The notes below the pieces were generated by a model. The model saw only the letters and a list, made by a program, of their open reading frames with translations, was not told where the DNA came from and did no database searches. A stretch of DNA of 63,481 bases, counting the filler, from Platydemus manokwari (Eukaryota), in assembly GCA_037951405.1 (NCBI GenBank). It is 5 parts of 5 records of this genome, joined end to end, with 100 filler letters (N's around TTAATTAATTAA, not from the genome) between each part and the next. Parts side by side here need not be neighbours in the genome. Positions count along the whole stretch, not along the records: positions 39,870 to 53,009 come from JBBMOY011775839.1; positions 53,110 to 63,481 come from JBBMOY011138994.1; 3 more parts are not named here. One strand, written 5' to 3'. Shown in pieces: positions 50,188 through 63,481 of this stretch; the stretch's first letter is position 1; each line of letters begins with the position of its first letter. Both the position numbers and the translations under genes were made by a program.

Positions 50188-52049
50188 GTTAGTTTATAGT
50201 TCTAATTAGTCTTGAACAGTCTTTTAAAGTATGTCATTAGCAAAGTAATGTAAAAACAATGTGGGCAAATACTAATTATCATTTGGGATTAGCTTTCGGG
50301 TAATATGTTGTGTAAGGCAAATACTGAAGTTGGTTATTTCATAGATAAGTTTTCTTGTCTTTATCGGTCATCTTGAATAGAGAAGATTACCATTATATTC
50401 ATTAATACACAACTAATTAAAGTACATTTTATTTATAGTAAACCTGTATAGTAATCGGGACCTGATTCCTCGTCAAAAATAAATAAATATCATTAGAAGT
50501 TCTTTAATAAAGGCAAAATAATTTAAGAAGTTTTAAAGAGAATAGTGTTTAAATAGGAAATTCTTAACAAAACTTTATATTGATACCATATTTAATAAAA
50601 TAATTAATAAAATGTATAAATTAATAAATAAGAAGAATTACTACAAAATGGAGAATCAAAGTATTCGATTAATTCTAAAAACATCACAGAGCGATGTTGT
50701 GACCATCTGTTATTTTTAGAATATTTCTTTTATCCATTCGATTTTCATGAATAAAAACAATTAATTAAACCGATTTCACACAAGAGAATGATAATAAAAT
50801 CAAAATCCGAAACCAGCAAATGAAAATCGATTTATCTAGGTATTCTTTTTGTCTTTTAATATGGTATGAATAGCGATGATATAAATGATAGCGAGAAACA
50901 AATACGAATTTTTCTAATGACAAATGATTATTATTGTCGCTTTCAGTTATAAACAAATCTGTTTGAAAAAAATCATTTGAAAACAAATTCCCTTTTTTTT
51001 ATTTTCTGAATCGTTATGATTTATTCAGAGAGAGAGAGTGAATCGAGAATCTTGAGATTTGTTTCTTCATTATTAAAACATAATATTTCAAATGGTAATT
51101 TTCCATAATTCCTTTCTCCAAACAAGTTAATCAAACTCGAGAGAATGAAAAAATAATAATAATTAAGAATATAAATGATTTCTGTTCTCAAGCCAATTCG
51201 CTCTTTCTTCTCGCTCAAAATATTGGACATCAATTAGTTTTAGTGATAGACTTTTAATCTAGTATTTCACTGGATTTTAAAAGGTTTATTAATAATTAAA
51301 AAAAGGAACGATTAAACAAAAATTAAGATAAATAGCATATATTTTTTTAACTAACAATTTTTTCAATCTTCTGATTAATCATTCTTTGTTTAAATAATGA
51401 GTTTGATTTATTTTTCAAAAAGTAAATCAGTTATCGTTATTTTGTTTATGAATTATTTGGACACTTTAATATAAATGTACGAATGAATTTAAATGATAAA
51501 GAAAATAAAAATGAATTTATAAAATGTTGATTATTTTCGCAAACATCCTGATTTGTATGAAATTTATAAAAATATGATTTGTTTAGATCAGTTATTTTAA
51601 TAATTAAATATTTCTTGTCTTTGTGCAATGGAATAGTTTTCCTTTTCTTTCTCAAACAAAAATGGCTATTGTTTGTTGTTATTAATATCTATCTGTGTTC
51701 GATTTCTTTTTAATGTCTAATTTCCTTTGTAAGGCTTCATTTTCTTTGTCGTTTTGTGGACATTTCGCGTCGTTAGTCAGTGGATGAGAATTTAATTGAC
51801 ATTGAATGGAAATATTTCACCCAAAATACGTGTTTCTCTTTGAAGATCGTTTCAAGTAATCAACAATTTGAAAGATTATTATAGATTTGTATATATTTTC
51901 ATAATTGAGAGAAGATAAATAGTTTGGCATAAACACTTGGCAACCAATCACCGAAAATGATAATTTGTGGAGAATTAAAACTAAGTTGGGCATTTTTCGA
52001 ACAAATTTTAAATTTTTTAATCAATGAAGGATAATACAATAACAACAAT

Positions 52050-52390
52050 GGATTAATATTTAAGTAAATATTTAATTGCCTAGAAAGCGCTCCGACTTCT
52101 TGTGCAATTTTCAACCTTATATTTGTGTGAATTTGGATTTTCAGATCCGTCAATCGTCAAACACTAGAAATGAGCACAGTTGCTGTCTGTCAAAACCACG
52201 ACCAAATCTCAAAGAGTTATGCAAGAAACACCAGACTCAAATTACAATATTCTGAACATAAATACTTTCATTTCATTTTAAAAAATAAATGCTGTTTTCT
52301 GCTTAAAACAATTAAATTATTGCAGTGGTTCCTCGAGCCAGAGGAATGTTTTTGTGGGGTTCCTCTTCAGCTAAAGGCTGAAAACCACTG
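52050..52390 (+). mobile_element. Second copy (3' part) of the hAT Buster-like non-autonomous element
   Basis: Colinear similarity with 37315-37745 (cttgtgcaattt...tatttgtgtg.atttggattttcag...tgtctgtcaaaa...gcaagaaacac); ends in TIR AAAGGCTGAAAACCACTG. Confidence 0.85.
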
Positions 52391-52479
52391 AAATATTAGT
52401 TGATATTTGATTTTCTTATTTCAAAAATCATATTTGTTACTTCATTAAAATATTACCAATGAATAAAATGTAATTTAAA

Positions 52480-53009
52480 TTATGCAAGAAGTTTTTTACA
52501 ATCTTAGGGCATTGTTAAACATGTGGATAAAAGTCGGTGGTCTGAAATAACTGTATGTCGAACGTCTTCTATTGAAAGACATTTTGAAATCACCGTAAGG
52601 AAATTGGTTATATGAATATTGATGAAAGAAGGTAATTAATTAAGTCTGCTGAAAATCAATCGAATTTATTATCTAAATATGTGAAAAATTCGAACAACGC
52701 GAGACTAGTTTTGAAATTAAATGGCCAACATTAGAGACCATTTTCTGATGGAGAATTTTTAAAAATTCTCATTGTTAAAAGCGTCTCCTAGTTTGTTATA
52801 ATATTTCAATAATGAAGAAACACTTATATTAAGAATCCAAGAATTGCAGCCAAGAAGAAATACTGTTAAGGAAATGATTTTATATATTAATGTTAGTTAT
52901 ATAAAATTTCAGATAAACTTTACACGAATATTAATAGTAGTGATTTGTTCTTTTTTGCCTTGATGAAACAACTGATGTTTACTAATCTGCTAGATTAACC
53001 CTTTTGTCT
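52480..53009 (+). mobile_element. hAT (SPIN/GTF2IRD2-like) transposase N-terminal fragment, truncated at contig end
   Basis: Motifs SIERHFE, RPFSDGEFLK, RIQELQPRRNTVKEMI and LDETTDV (first catalytic Asp), with stops and frameshifts. Confidence 0.85.
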
Positions 53010-53109
53010 NNNNNNNNNNNNNNNNNNNNNNNNNNNNNNNNNNNNNNNNNNNNTTAATTAATTAANNNNNNNNNNNNNNNNNNNNNNNNNNNNNNNNNNN
53101 NNNNNNNNN
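53010..53109. other. Artificial contig-joining spacer
   Basis: 44 N + TTAATTAATTAA + 44 N. Confidence 0.98.
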
Positions 53110-55448
53110 CCGACATCTTGGTCTTCAATACCAGGTGTTGAAGCCCCCATCAGAACTAGTGCCTTTAGGATAAAGCGATTAATTTGTATTCAATTAATTA
53201 ATATATTACAAAACCAACACCATAATAACACCATAACATCATAGCCCATTCAATATAAATATGGATTAATATTAGAACGAATCTGATTGATTAATGGCAC
53301 GTGTGCTTTCGAATTTGTGTTCATTGACCCTTTTTAGGGTTCATTCCTTGGTTCTTGTGAGCCTTTCGATTGATTTGTGATCTATCCAACACTACATACA
53401 TGTGTTTCTCTTAGTTCAAGTCTTATATACATCAATTATATATTATCACCAATTTCTATTTAACGTATCGTAGTAATTATTAATGTTTTTATCATTAACT
53501 CGTATTCTTTTCAATGAAAAAAAATCTCCACCCGGTGATTGCTTTGTTTAGGTTATTAACATATATCCTCAATTCGATTGTCAATGAGTATAGATATTTT
53601 GATCTTTAATTCACAAAGTAGATATAGCTGTAAGATATTTAATTTTAATTTTAAACATTCATAAAAACAGTCTTAAGCCAAACGCATAGTGAAAAATTAT
53701 GTTCAAGCTCTAGAAAATAGGGTTTTCTAAAATAACAATATAAAACTATGATAAAAAATTAATTATCATATAATTAAAATTATAATATCGCAAATAATCC
53801 TGAATTGCATATACAATTTTGAAGCAATATTGTTCGGTTCCAATAAAGTAGTTGGAATGAAAATAATGCGATAACAATATATTGTTTTTTAACTGTTTTT
53901 TGGTGGGATAAATATCTGAAAATTCACCATTGATAATATATAAGCCAAAGTATTTTAATACAGTCTCGTATATATCTGTGTGCGTGTACTTGTACGTGAT
54001 CTATAACCAGAGTTCTCATTCATTAGAAAAATTGTTTTGATCAGCAATATTGATCAGAATCACAATGACAGCAAAACAAGAACTTTGTCATAAAAATTAA
54101 ACACATCATAATGCTAGATTTATTTGTATGTTGTTCCAAGGATATAAATATTGTGCTTCATCGAAAAATAAAATCGCATAAATTTAATAAGATTAAATAA
54201 ATAAAATATTATCATAATAATTATTTTGTAATATTTTTATTGTAATTATTAAAAGAAAAATTGGTTATAATTAAGATAAAGTTTAAAAAAGGTTTTGTTT
54301 GATATTGTTTGAACAATCATTTTCCTTGTTTTTATTTTACTAACGGATTTTAAAGCATTTTTTGAGTGTACAACTTTAGTTTAAAGTACTTCTTCAAGTC
54401 AAACCGACATATAAAGTTCATATGTATTAATTATAGTTTCGATTAATATATATTTTTAAAAAATATAAACAAAATTACTATAGCTAATATTAAAATTACA
54501 ACAATGCTTCAAAAAAAATACAAAAATAACCACAATATTATTTAAGGTCTATTAGATCTTAATATATTTGTAATAACTCGAATAAAAAATTAAATAGTAA
54601 ATAATCTTTCGCGGTAATCCTTTAGTACAATGGAATCAAGCTATAAAACGACTTGATTTTATGAACATAATCTAATGATTTGTCTTTTATTTACTGGTTT
54701 TAATTTAAAATATTAGCTTGTTCGAGACGATTCGATCACTTAAGAATATAATCATTAATTTAAGATTCCTTTAAGTAAACTCGAATTCATAACAAATCAA
54801 AAAACGTCATTGTTGCCATGTGAATTAGAAATAATCAACGTCATCTAATTTTAAAAGCAACCAATTTATGAATGGACCTAAATGAAACAATATACGTTTC
54901 CAAATTTCGTAGATGGTTAAGAAATATATATATCGATTAAAACTTGAAATACGAAGCAAGCAAATCTATTAACTAAACAATTTTAATCTACATATTTGAA
55001 TACTAAAATTTAGAAATAAAACTGTTCGTGTTGATTAGCCTAATTATTTAAGAACTTGATTTCAGTTAAATCGAATATTGAAAGCTGAATTGAATATTAA
55101 ATGTAATGAATTTAATATAAAATCAAAAGTAATTAGCATATTTAGTTTACAATTTTGAGTTAATGTTACAAATTTGGTAATAATTTAATAAACCTAACCG
55201 TTGTTTCTGATTTTTACTTGCTATCCCATTATTGTTTTATGGGCTTATTGTGTTCCTGCAACATAAAACTAATATTGAATTAATCGTTTTGGGTAATCGG
55301 CCGAATACGATGAAAACCGATTACATCATGCTCAATATAAACAGAGTAAACTAATGAGAAAATTCTAATGTAAATATAAATTTGTTGCCCATATGTTTAC
55401 AATGTATAAGCGTTTGTATAAAAACACACAAACCTATCAAGTGATTTG

Positions 55449-55498
55449 ATTGGTTGAATTCAATTCACCAATACTTACATACTGTTTTGAGACGTGAC
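55449..55498 (+). promoter_or_regulatory. Candidate proximal promoter of the PPP1R3 gene (inverted CCAAT pair plus GACGTG)
   Basis: ATTGG at 55449-53, CCAAT at 55468-72 and GACGTGAC at 55491-98, 80-130 bp upstream of the ATG. Short motifs only. Confidence 0.3.
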
Positions 55499-55577
55499 TA
55501 CTTTCTAAAAATAGAATTGGTCATTGAAGATAAAGTAATCTTTTTTGTAAATTTATTCACATTTTAATTCTCGAAAA

Positions 55578-56483
55578 ATGTCAGATTTTGCAACAGAAAT
55601 ACTATTTTGCCAGTCCAATTCATATTATTACCCAACTCTTAGTCAGTTTTTCAAAAAATCAACAATGACATCCACATACTCACCAATTTCCACTTGCGAC
55701 TCAGGTATCGAATTGTGGAATCTTTCGAAAACCATATCACCAGTTGACAGTGTTGCGTCATCAAATGGCTCGGATTACAGATGGGGTCCAAATATGAAAT
55801 ATACGACTGAGAAAAGTAGTGATTCAGAAACCAATACAGAATCCGAATTCAAATATTATAAACCTAAAAGAGCGAGTTCATTGAAATCCAATAGAACTCC
55901 TCCCGGAACTCCAAAATCAAAGGCAGTGCGTTTTGCTGATGCTTTTGGACTCGATTTAGCAGATATCAGACATGTTTTCAATCTTGATTTACCTCCAAAA
56001 ATACCAGCCTCAGCTGTTCAAGACTTGGTTCTCGATAGTGACTCGGATTCTACTATTAATGACATACATTTTATGCACTACAACGCAAATTTTGAACAAC
56101 CTGGAGCTGCTAGCGATTTCTTAAGGCGAGTACGAATGCACAATGTATCATTAGAAAATGCATTTTTCGAAAACAATTGTCTCTCTGGCACAATTCGTGT
56201 GATGAATGTGACATTTGAAAAGAAAGTCACCGTTAGAATCACATTCAATGATTGGAAATCTTTTGTCGATTGTACAGCACATTATGTACTGGATTCGAAT
56301 GATGGTGTTACCGATCGATTTTCTTTTTCATTTCTGCTGCCAGGAGAATGCCAAAATACTGGTCAGAGAATTCAATTCGCTGTTTCATTTGAGAGTTCCA
56401 ATTCAATGACATACTGGGACAACAATTTTGGACAAAATTATATTTATACTTATTCCAATGATTCCAATATCTTCAGCGATTGA
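55578..56483 (+). CDS. PPP1R3: Protein phosphatase 1 regulatory (glycogen-targeting) subunit 3 family, 301 aa, intronless
   Basis: RVxF motif KAVRFADAFGLDL; CBM21 domain NFEQPG...VSLEN...GTIRVMNVTFEKKVTVRITFNDW...TDRFSF...IQFAVSF...YWDNNFGQNY. Confidence 0.96.
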   Translation: MSDFATEILFCQSNSYYYPTLSQFFKKSTMTSTYSPISTCDSGIELWNLSKTISPVDSVASSNGSDYRWGPNMKYTTEKSSDSETNTESEFKYYKPKRASSLKSNRTPPGTPKSKAVRFADAFGLDLADIRHVFNLDLPPKIPASAVQDLVLDSDSDSTINDIHFMHYNANFEQPGAASDFLRRVRMHNVSLENAFFENNCLSGTIRVMNVTFEKKVTVRITFNDWKSFVDCTAHYVLDSNDGVTDRFSFSFLLPGECQNTGQRIQFAVSFESSNSMTYWDNNFGQNYIYTYSNDSNIFSD

Positions 56484-59400
56484 TATAATGAGAAGTCTCG
56501 ATTAGACGAGTAAACATTTTATTTTTTTAAATAATTATTTTTTAAGAAAATTCTGCAAATTCAAAATTTAATTTTAATTTCTGTTTTTAGTTTTCGTTAA
56601 CAAACATTTACTATTTTTGTCTTTCTTTATCCATTCAACATGTTTCTCTCACTAATGAGCTTTCTACATTATTACCCATGTGTTACCACAAATAAATCAG
56701 ACTTCAATATCACAATCATGCTATTAAACAAACGTCAACACTATAAAATTATTATTATTATGTCCGCGATATTAAACTTTGGTATTATTGTTTTAGAAAT
56801 TAATGGTACAAATTTCATGCAGAGCATGCATAAAACATGAATTACACATGTTTTATGATGTTTATCACGACCCTCGCCGAGTACATTTCGGACATTCCAT
56901 GATCAAAATATAAATACATCTTAATCAACCACTCTGAATTTCATGCCAAATGTGCCGCAATTATTTTCATATCAAATATTATTATTTGCCGTTTTTATGA
57001 GTGACAAATAATTGTTTATTTTATAAATAATTGATATTGAAGAAAATTGCATAATAATAAACATAACAAACGATAATAATGAACATTAGAGCAATAGATT
57101 AAAATCATAACAGCTAAACATTTATTAACAAATTTTATTGATTGAAATAATGTCTTTTATAAGTCTTTACAGAGAACTATTTTATGACATTACTGTAACA
57201 ATTTGCCATTGAAAATAAACATCATAGATATTAACGATTTATAATTATGGAATTAAATCATGCCCGGTGAGAGAAATTATCATTGAATTAATGATGAAAT
57301 TACGGTTAAGTTTACAATGTTTAATACAATCTAAATTGTATTGATTGATCATTCACCGTATTTGATTAACATAGCTTCCATTAACTATACACAAAATATA
57401 ATGTCTAATTCCGATTCAATAATTTTTGTTTAATATTTTTTAAACTAATATGGAAAAGTTCTAAATGACAGATTATCAATGAATTTAATTGTCAATCGAA
57501 AACCCACACAATTATAAGTAGCAACGCAATAGAATGATATTTATTTTTCCAATTTTCCACGTTTTAAATTTTCCAAGAATTCGTTTTAATGAATGACGAA
57601 AGTCGAATGGTTATTTCTAAACACGGAGCTATTTGTCAACAATCGTCAACTGTCACAACAATTAATCAGTGGAAACTAGGGAAAATTAGAATTCATTATT
57701 AAAACAAGGAAATTTAGATATTAAAATAATATTTAGTTTTCATTTTATTTTATAAGTTTTTTTCAGTGGAAATCTGTGTTTTTGTCGTAAAATTGTAATT
57801 TATGCATAATTTTTTAAAATAAAAATTGTATTTAGAAACTATTTACACAAAAATGAATATTGATTTAAGATTTTTATAAAATGTTTACATATCAACAAAT
57901 AAACTTGGCTCAAATCGGTTGATGATAAAATATGAGTAGACTGCTTAAATTTTATCATTTTTTTTTCACAATAATGCAGATAAATATAGACTTATTAAAA
58001 ATAGCTTTTTACAAATGATGATATCGTAATTTTTGGACATCGAAATTAATGGAATAATTTTCAATACGTATAAATTAAAAGAATCCCAAAATATAACATT
58101 TTGCCTTGTATTTGATTATAATTCATAATATTTGAACCACTTTAGGATAATTTCCATGAGAAAATGAAATTTATATTACGTTATATATGTTACATTAAAC
58201 TAAAATATCAAATTGATAAATGTAAACATAATCTGTAAATTATTTAGTCACGACTTTTCCATGGTGTTACATGTAGATAATATGTACCAGAATTTAATAA
58301 AATGTATACATCTTCATTTTCAACATCAGTTTCCTTGTCAACTTTATTTTAGAATTTACCTCGTTTTCAGCTTCAGATCTCTTTTATTTAGAATTTTTGA
58401 TTGTTTCAATTGAACTTTATAAGTGGAATTTATTGTTGTAAAAATTAACGCTAAAAATATTTCTAATTTTATATACCGATTTATATATATATACAGAAAA
58501 GCGTTGTATGCAGAAATATATACTTTATCAACATATAAGATTACATAATAAATATATAAATTTAATTATTTGGATTGAGCAGGATTTTTTAATTTTCCTA
58601 TTAAATAATGATGTATTTTAGTAAATGGAAATTATAATGATTGACGAAGGTCCACTAATTGGACCATTGATCATTCTAATTGGTAGATTGATTCCAGACG
58701 TTGATTCCATCATTCCAAAGTTTGCTACTTTACTTAACTCCATTTTAACTTACCTCGTATATGAACATATCCTTAAATAGATGACAGATTATATCTAACC
58801 AATTTTTCTAATTTTCTATAAATCCCTTATTTTTAATTCATTATCTCAATGTATTATCATCGAATTCTTTTTTGGCATTCTCAATTCTAAATTTATATAA
58901 AATATCATTTTACGGATTATATCAAAACAAATTCCACAAATGCACTGATTTATTGAAATATTTTGACTGGCACTGCTGAAACTATTTGTAATGTGTGTGA
59001 ACTTTATGTTAGATATCAATAAGTCCACATCAATGAGGAAAGCACGGTAGTTTTTGTTTATTATTAAAATTAATTTATTTAAACAATTTTCCTTTGATGG
59101 ACGTTTATTGAAAAACAAGTCGTTTTGATTTTGACAGTTATCGTAGTTAATTGAGATCATTTGATTTAGTGATTTTTACTCGACGCCTAGAAATGTGGCT
59201 TGATTGGCACATCTACAATTGCACTGTTGTCGTTTTTGTTCGCTTATTAATCTTTGAAAATTACTTTTACACATAAAGCATATGTTTCGAAATTGATGCA
59301 ATTTAGCTCTTTTTGTCGGGACAAAAATGGAATTGATAATATTTTTTTGTACTTTTATAATTGTTGTTTTTGCTATTTTTAATAATTCTATTTTTACTAC

Positions 59401-62400
59401 ATCATGTTAATTATCGATAAAACTTAGATGCCAACATAGATTCATTCATAATACTATATTAAAGGTATTGGGAAAAGCTAAATATTTTTACTTTAGTAAT
59501 TAGTCTTGCAAATACGTACGATGTTATAATAATTATTAATAATTTTTAGTGACTATATTTATATATCATTATTAATAATTGTATTATTTTGTAAACATGC
59601 GTCCGAAATTCAAATAAAATGCGATAAATTTCCACTTTGACTGCCGATTATAAACATAAAAACAATATAATTTTACTTTAATGTTTTATAATATACCATG
59701 ACTCTAAATATTTTTTCAATAAAGCATTCTATTTTTTAGAATCGCAGGTGCAGTGCCTTCCAAGCAAATGTACTACCACATGATTCATTTCGAGTTTTCC
59801 AAAAAAAATGATTTTCGATGCTTGAACATTGTGTTATTAGGATTCATTTGGAATTGAATATTTCTTGGTGGCAGTCTCAGATTTATTATGTTTTTTGTAG
59901 TTCCATTTAAGCCGTTTTGTACATTCTTAAACAATCAGGAAATTGTGATATAATTTTAGCAGTTCCTGATCACTCATAACGGTTGGTAGTTTTGCATCCT
60001 AGAAATTTATATATCCATTTTGCTGATTATTTGAAAATATTTTAATAATTTGTCATTTGTTTTCAATCGAAGAGTTTCGGTATTATTTACATCATGTTCA
60101 AGAGATTTTCTGTACATCATCTTATTTGGAAACAAGAAAAATATATCGATTTGGATTTTTATTGAGATTTTATGCTGTCTGATCTCTTTAATTATTCGAA
60201 TGGTAAGATTTGTATTTGTTAATTTTTTTGTTTATAGACTGGATTTGAATTTAGCTTTAATAATGAAGCGTTAAATCGAAAAGAAAATTATCAAAAATAA
60301 AGACCTTGTTGATTGGATTTAGTAAGATTAAATAAAAATAATGATAAAATGAAGTACAAATTTACAGAAATTTAAATTTTTTTAATTGGTTAGGGTTGTG
60401 CTGGTTTTCTTAACGAATTGTTGACAATCTCAACAGCTTTCAATTATTCTTTACTCTTTTTTCTACTAATTATTTACATCTAAGGCCTTGAGTCTAAAAT
60501 TTTATTGTTCACTGACTAATGAAATCTAAGTCGTAATTTTAAATAGCTTCAATAAATTACACTTCTGCACTCTATAATAATCTATGATACACACAAATTT
60601 ATTGAGCTAAGATTGCATAAAAACATGAAATATAATGAAAATCCATTCAGTTTTTTCCCTGTTTTGAAAAACCAAATTTCCAACGGTTCCTAATCTGTTC
60701 AAAAATAAAAATAATAAGTTCAAATTATATTGATGAAGTTTGTCTACGTGATTGATTAATTAAATCTCACTAATTTGCATTCAACAAAAATAAATCGCAT
60801 TCAGTTGACTATGAATTAATGTTTTCTAAAGCTCTTATAAAATTGATAGACAATTGCCAGTTATATCTAAGAGATTTTTTTCAGATATAACAGATCTATA
60901 ACTTTAAACATTAATGGAGAATAAGGACTATTATATTTTTCTCCATTATTAAAAGATTGTCTTCGCTTTATACATAAATGTACAAACTCATTATTTCTAC
61001 TTTTTTAAATAATTCTTGATGCTACTATTATCATCTCTAGTTAGCTTTAATTGTCATTTCGTCCAATAATAATCTTAAATATTAAATTTCAATAAAAAAT
61101 AATGACTGTATTCTAAAATCAGAAACATCATTTTCTAGATTATATATTTAAATAAAAAATTCACAATCCTTTTTATTGTGATTTGTAAACCAATGTTTAG
61201 ATCTAGATAATTCTTCTTAAAGTATCAATCACGAAAATCGAAGTCGCTCTAAGACAAAATTTATTTCCATGACAAGGAATTACTGTAGAAATTACTACAA
61301 TAAGAAACATTCTGAATTATTGTTAAATTTCAAAAAATTTATCTTCGGCTACAACAATGGAGACATAGACAATATTTATCAATTTTTTTATAGTTCTAGA
61401 AACTATAAGTAAAAATTATAAAAACTTCGGGTATAGTTTTCGGCAAATTTCTTTGAAATTCGATTGTATTCAGAGAAAAGATTGTCACTCAAAATACAAA
61501 AATATTAAAATTTGCAACTTCAGCTTATCGCACGAGTTAATTCAGCATTTCATTAAAATAAAACTTATTAGATTAGATTTTACACGCTTCGAAAATTCGG
61601 GAGCTTGCGAAATAACAAATTTTTCATGGAAACCATTTTTCTTTATTATTCTGATTCATAATGTTTTGAATTTGAAAAATAATTTAATAAATTGAATAAA
61701 CATGACTAATATAACATTTTATTGACTTCTGAAAATTATATTAATCAATTATTTGTCAAATATTCAAGCCAATCTATTTCATTTGAAAATCTGTAAATTT
61801 AACGACAAGCAAATTGTAAATGATAAAACATTCAAAACACAGGGTTAGTGTATTGTTCCTGAAATTGTAAACAAACTTTGAATTGAATTTACAATTGCCG
61901 ATAACCAATGAAAATTACTACCAAGTTCGAGCTCATAATTAAGCAACTAGTAAATCATACTGAATTGATTTAATATTGACCTACGATATTGATTATTAAT
62001 CGCAACTTCATCGATAACACCAATTATTTTTATTTTAATAAATAATCATACTATTAATAGATATCGACTATTAAAAATTTGATAAAAGTTTCCCAATCGT
62101 ATTTATAGAAATAAGCTTTAATAATATTGTTATTGATATTAATATTGCTTAAATTATTTGATGACCTCTATCAACGATAAATTGAAATAAAATCCACATT
62201 TTCACGCTGTAAAATTTGTTTCGAAATCTCGATGATAAAAACAGAAGAAAATTAAAATGATAGATTTTCATCTAATTATATGTTCTCGTCTCATAATAAT
62301 GCTGTTAAAATTTTGAAAACCAATATTCACTTCTTGACCGGCAATTAATCTGAGAGGCAAAATATAGTTCAAGTAATACATTTCAAAGGTATATCTCACA

Positions 62401-63481
62401 AACTAATTCAAAGAACATTGTTTCCATGAATCACTCAATATTTTTATTAATATCTACTTCATGTGTTTTCTAAGCTACAGCAGCCAATTCAGCTGCAATT
62501 TTTAAAAATAATTAGAAACATAGTTTTCTTTCTTGACTGCACCTCTAATTGGCTACAAAACAATAATAATAGCTGTTCACTACTCTTTATAAACGGTGTG
62601 TTTTCTCGATTTTACGCTCAACATTTTAATCCGACGAGAAAGACTTTGGTCTCGAATTGATATTTAAAAAATAAGTAATTGACAAAGGCATCTAAGCTTA
62701 TTGAAGTGGTAAGTTTTGAACTGATTTAAAAAAATTATCTTGTACCAAGTACATGTTTCGCAACACAGAATTTATAGATAAAATCATTAGACCTTAAATT
62801 GCATGGGTACTTCAATTAGATTGGGGTTCATCTTTATTTCTTATGTCTGATCAATTGCATGCTGACATGGGAGTATTTTCTAGTAAGTGGGTGTTTGTAA
62901 CTGAAATGGGATTCAAAAGTAATTTTGTTTAGTTATCTCAACAGTCAACACTTATCAAATTATTGTCAATATTTGCGTTTGAATGTCTATTGTATTATTT
63001 TGATTATTGCACTTTCGAAATAATAATAAGTCGACTTATAATAAATAATAATAGCCTATCAAATGATAAAAATACAACAACAGATATTAAATAATTTATT
63101 TATTTCCAGTCCAAAACCGAAATGACAACCCTATATTCAATAATTTCAAGATAAAGACAAAATTAAGATTTGATATACTACTTGGTATTTAAATGAAGAT
63201 AGGTAAAGTCGGATAAATCATTTAAAGCTTTTTTGGAAGTCTTACAGCTAACTTCTAAACTTCAGTTTTAAACATGGCACTGTTAGCTATTCAAAAATAT
63301 TTCATCCATCCAGGAAATCAACTCATTTATAACATTTGGAATTCAATTATTGAATATCATTTTCTCTAAATTAAAAATTTTGATAAAAATAAATGTTTAT
63401 ATAAAATTTTAGACCAATATATTAAATTATTAATTTTATAATTAAGTCATGCACGAAAATTCACTATAATAAAAATAGTTT

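Noticed and set aside
58600-60300. Possible gene around ORF 58846..59160 and exon-like pieces at 58625-58780 and 59740-60000
   Set aside because: No consistent splice or phase model and no protein motif could be built; insufficient support.
613-63481. Remaining 60-100 aa ORFs rich in I/F/K/N/L, many with TTG/GTG starts
   Set aside because: Expected by chance in very AT-rich DNA; non-ATG starts are not appropriate for this eukaryotic sequence.

Overview
This is very AT-rich eukaryotic DNA with GT-AG introns. The gene and transposon content suggests an invertebrate, plausibly a flatworm or planarian, but the taxon is an inference. The window is not one locus. Four identical artificial 100-bp spacers (44 N + TTAATTAATTAA + 44 N) join five segments: 1-18696, 18797-29091, 29192-39769, 39870-53009 and 53110-63481. 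Recognisable host genes: three exons of a Delta/Serrate (DSL+EGF) Notch ligand; the 3' four exons of a CBP/p300 acetyltransferase (RING-PHD-HAT-ZZ-TAZ2); two exons of a nuclear receptor; a two-exon C2H2 zinc-finger gene; a single-pass membrane protein exon; and an intronless PP1 glycogen-targeting subunit (PPP1R3, RVxF+CBM21). Decayed copies of a cadherin and of an ionotropic-glutamate-receptor-like gene can be reconstructed across stops and frameshifts. Transposon relics are abundant: Tigger/pogo, mariner, hAT Buster-type MITEs and transposase pieces, a piggyBac C-terminus, LINE endonuclease and RT fragments, and three LTR-like segments. The most unusual region is 18.9-22.9 kb. It is a compact cassette of orphan ORFs plus a compositionally foreign, decayed gene ending in a REX4/ISG20-like DEDDh exonuclease domain, next to an LTR-like segment. 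It may be cargo of an uncharacterised large mobile element or endogenous virus. No CRISPR array, rRNA or tRNA was found. All homology calls are by-eye motif matches, not database searches.
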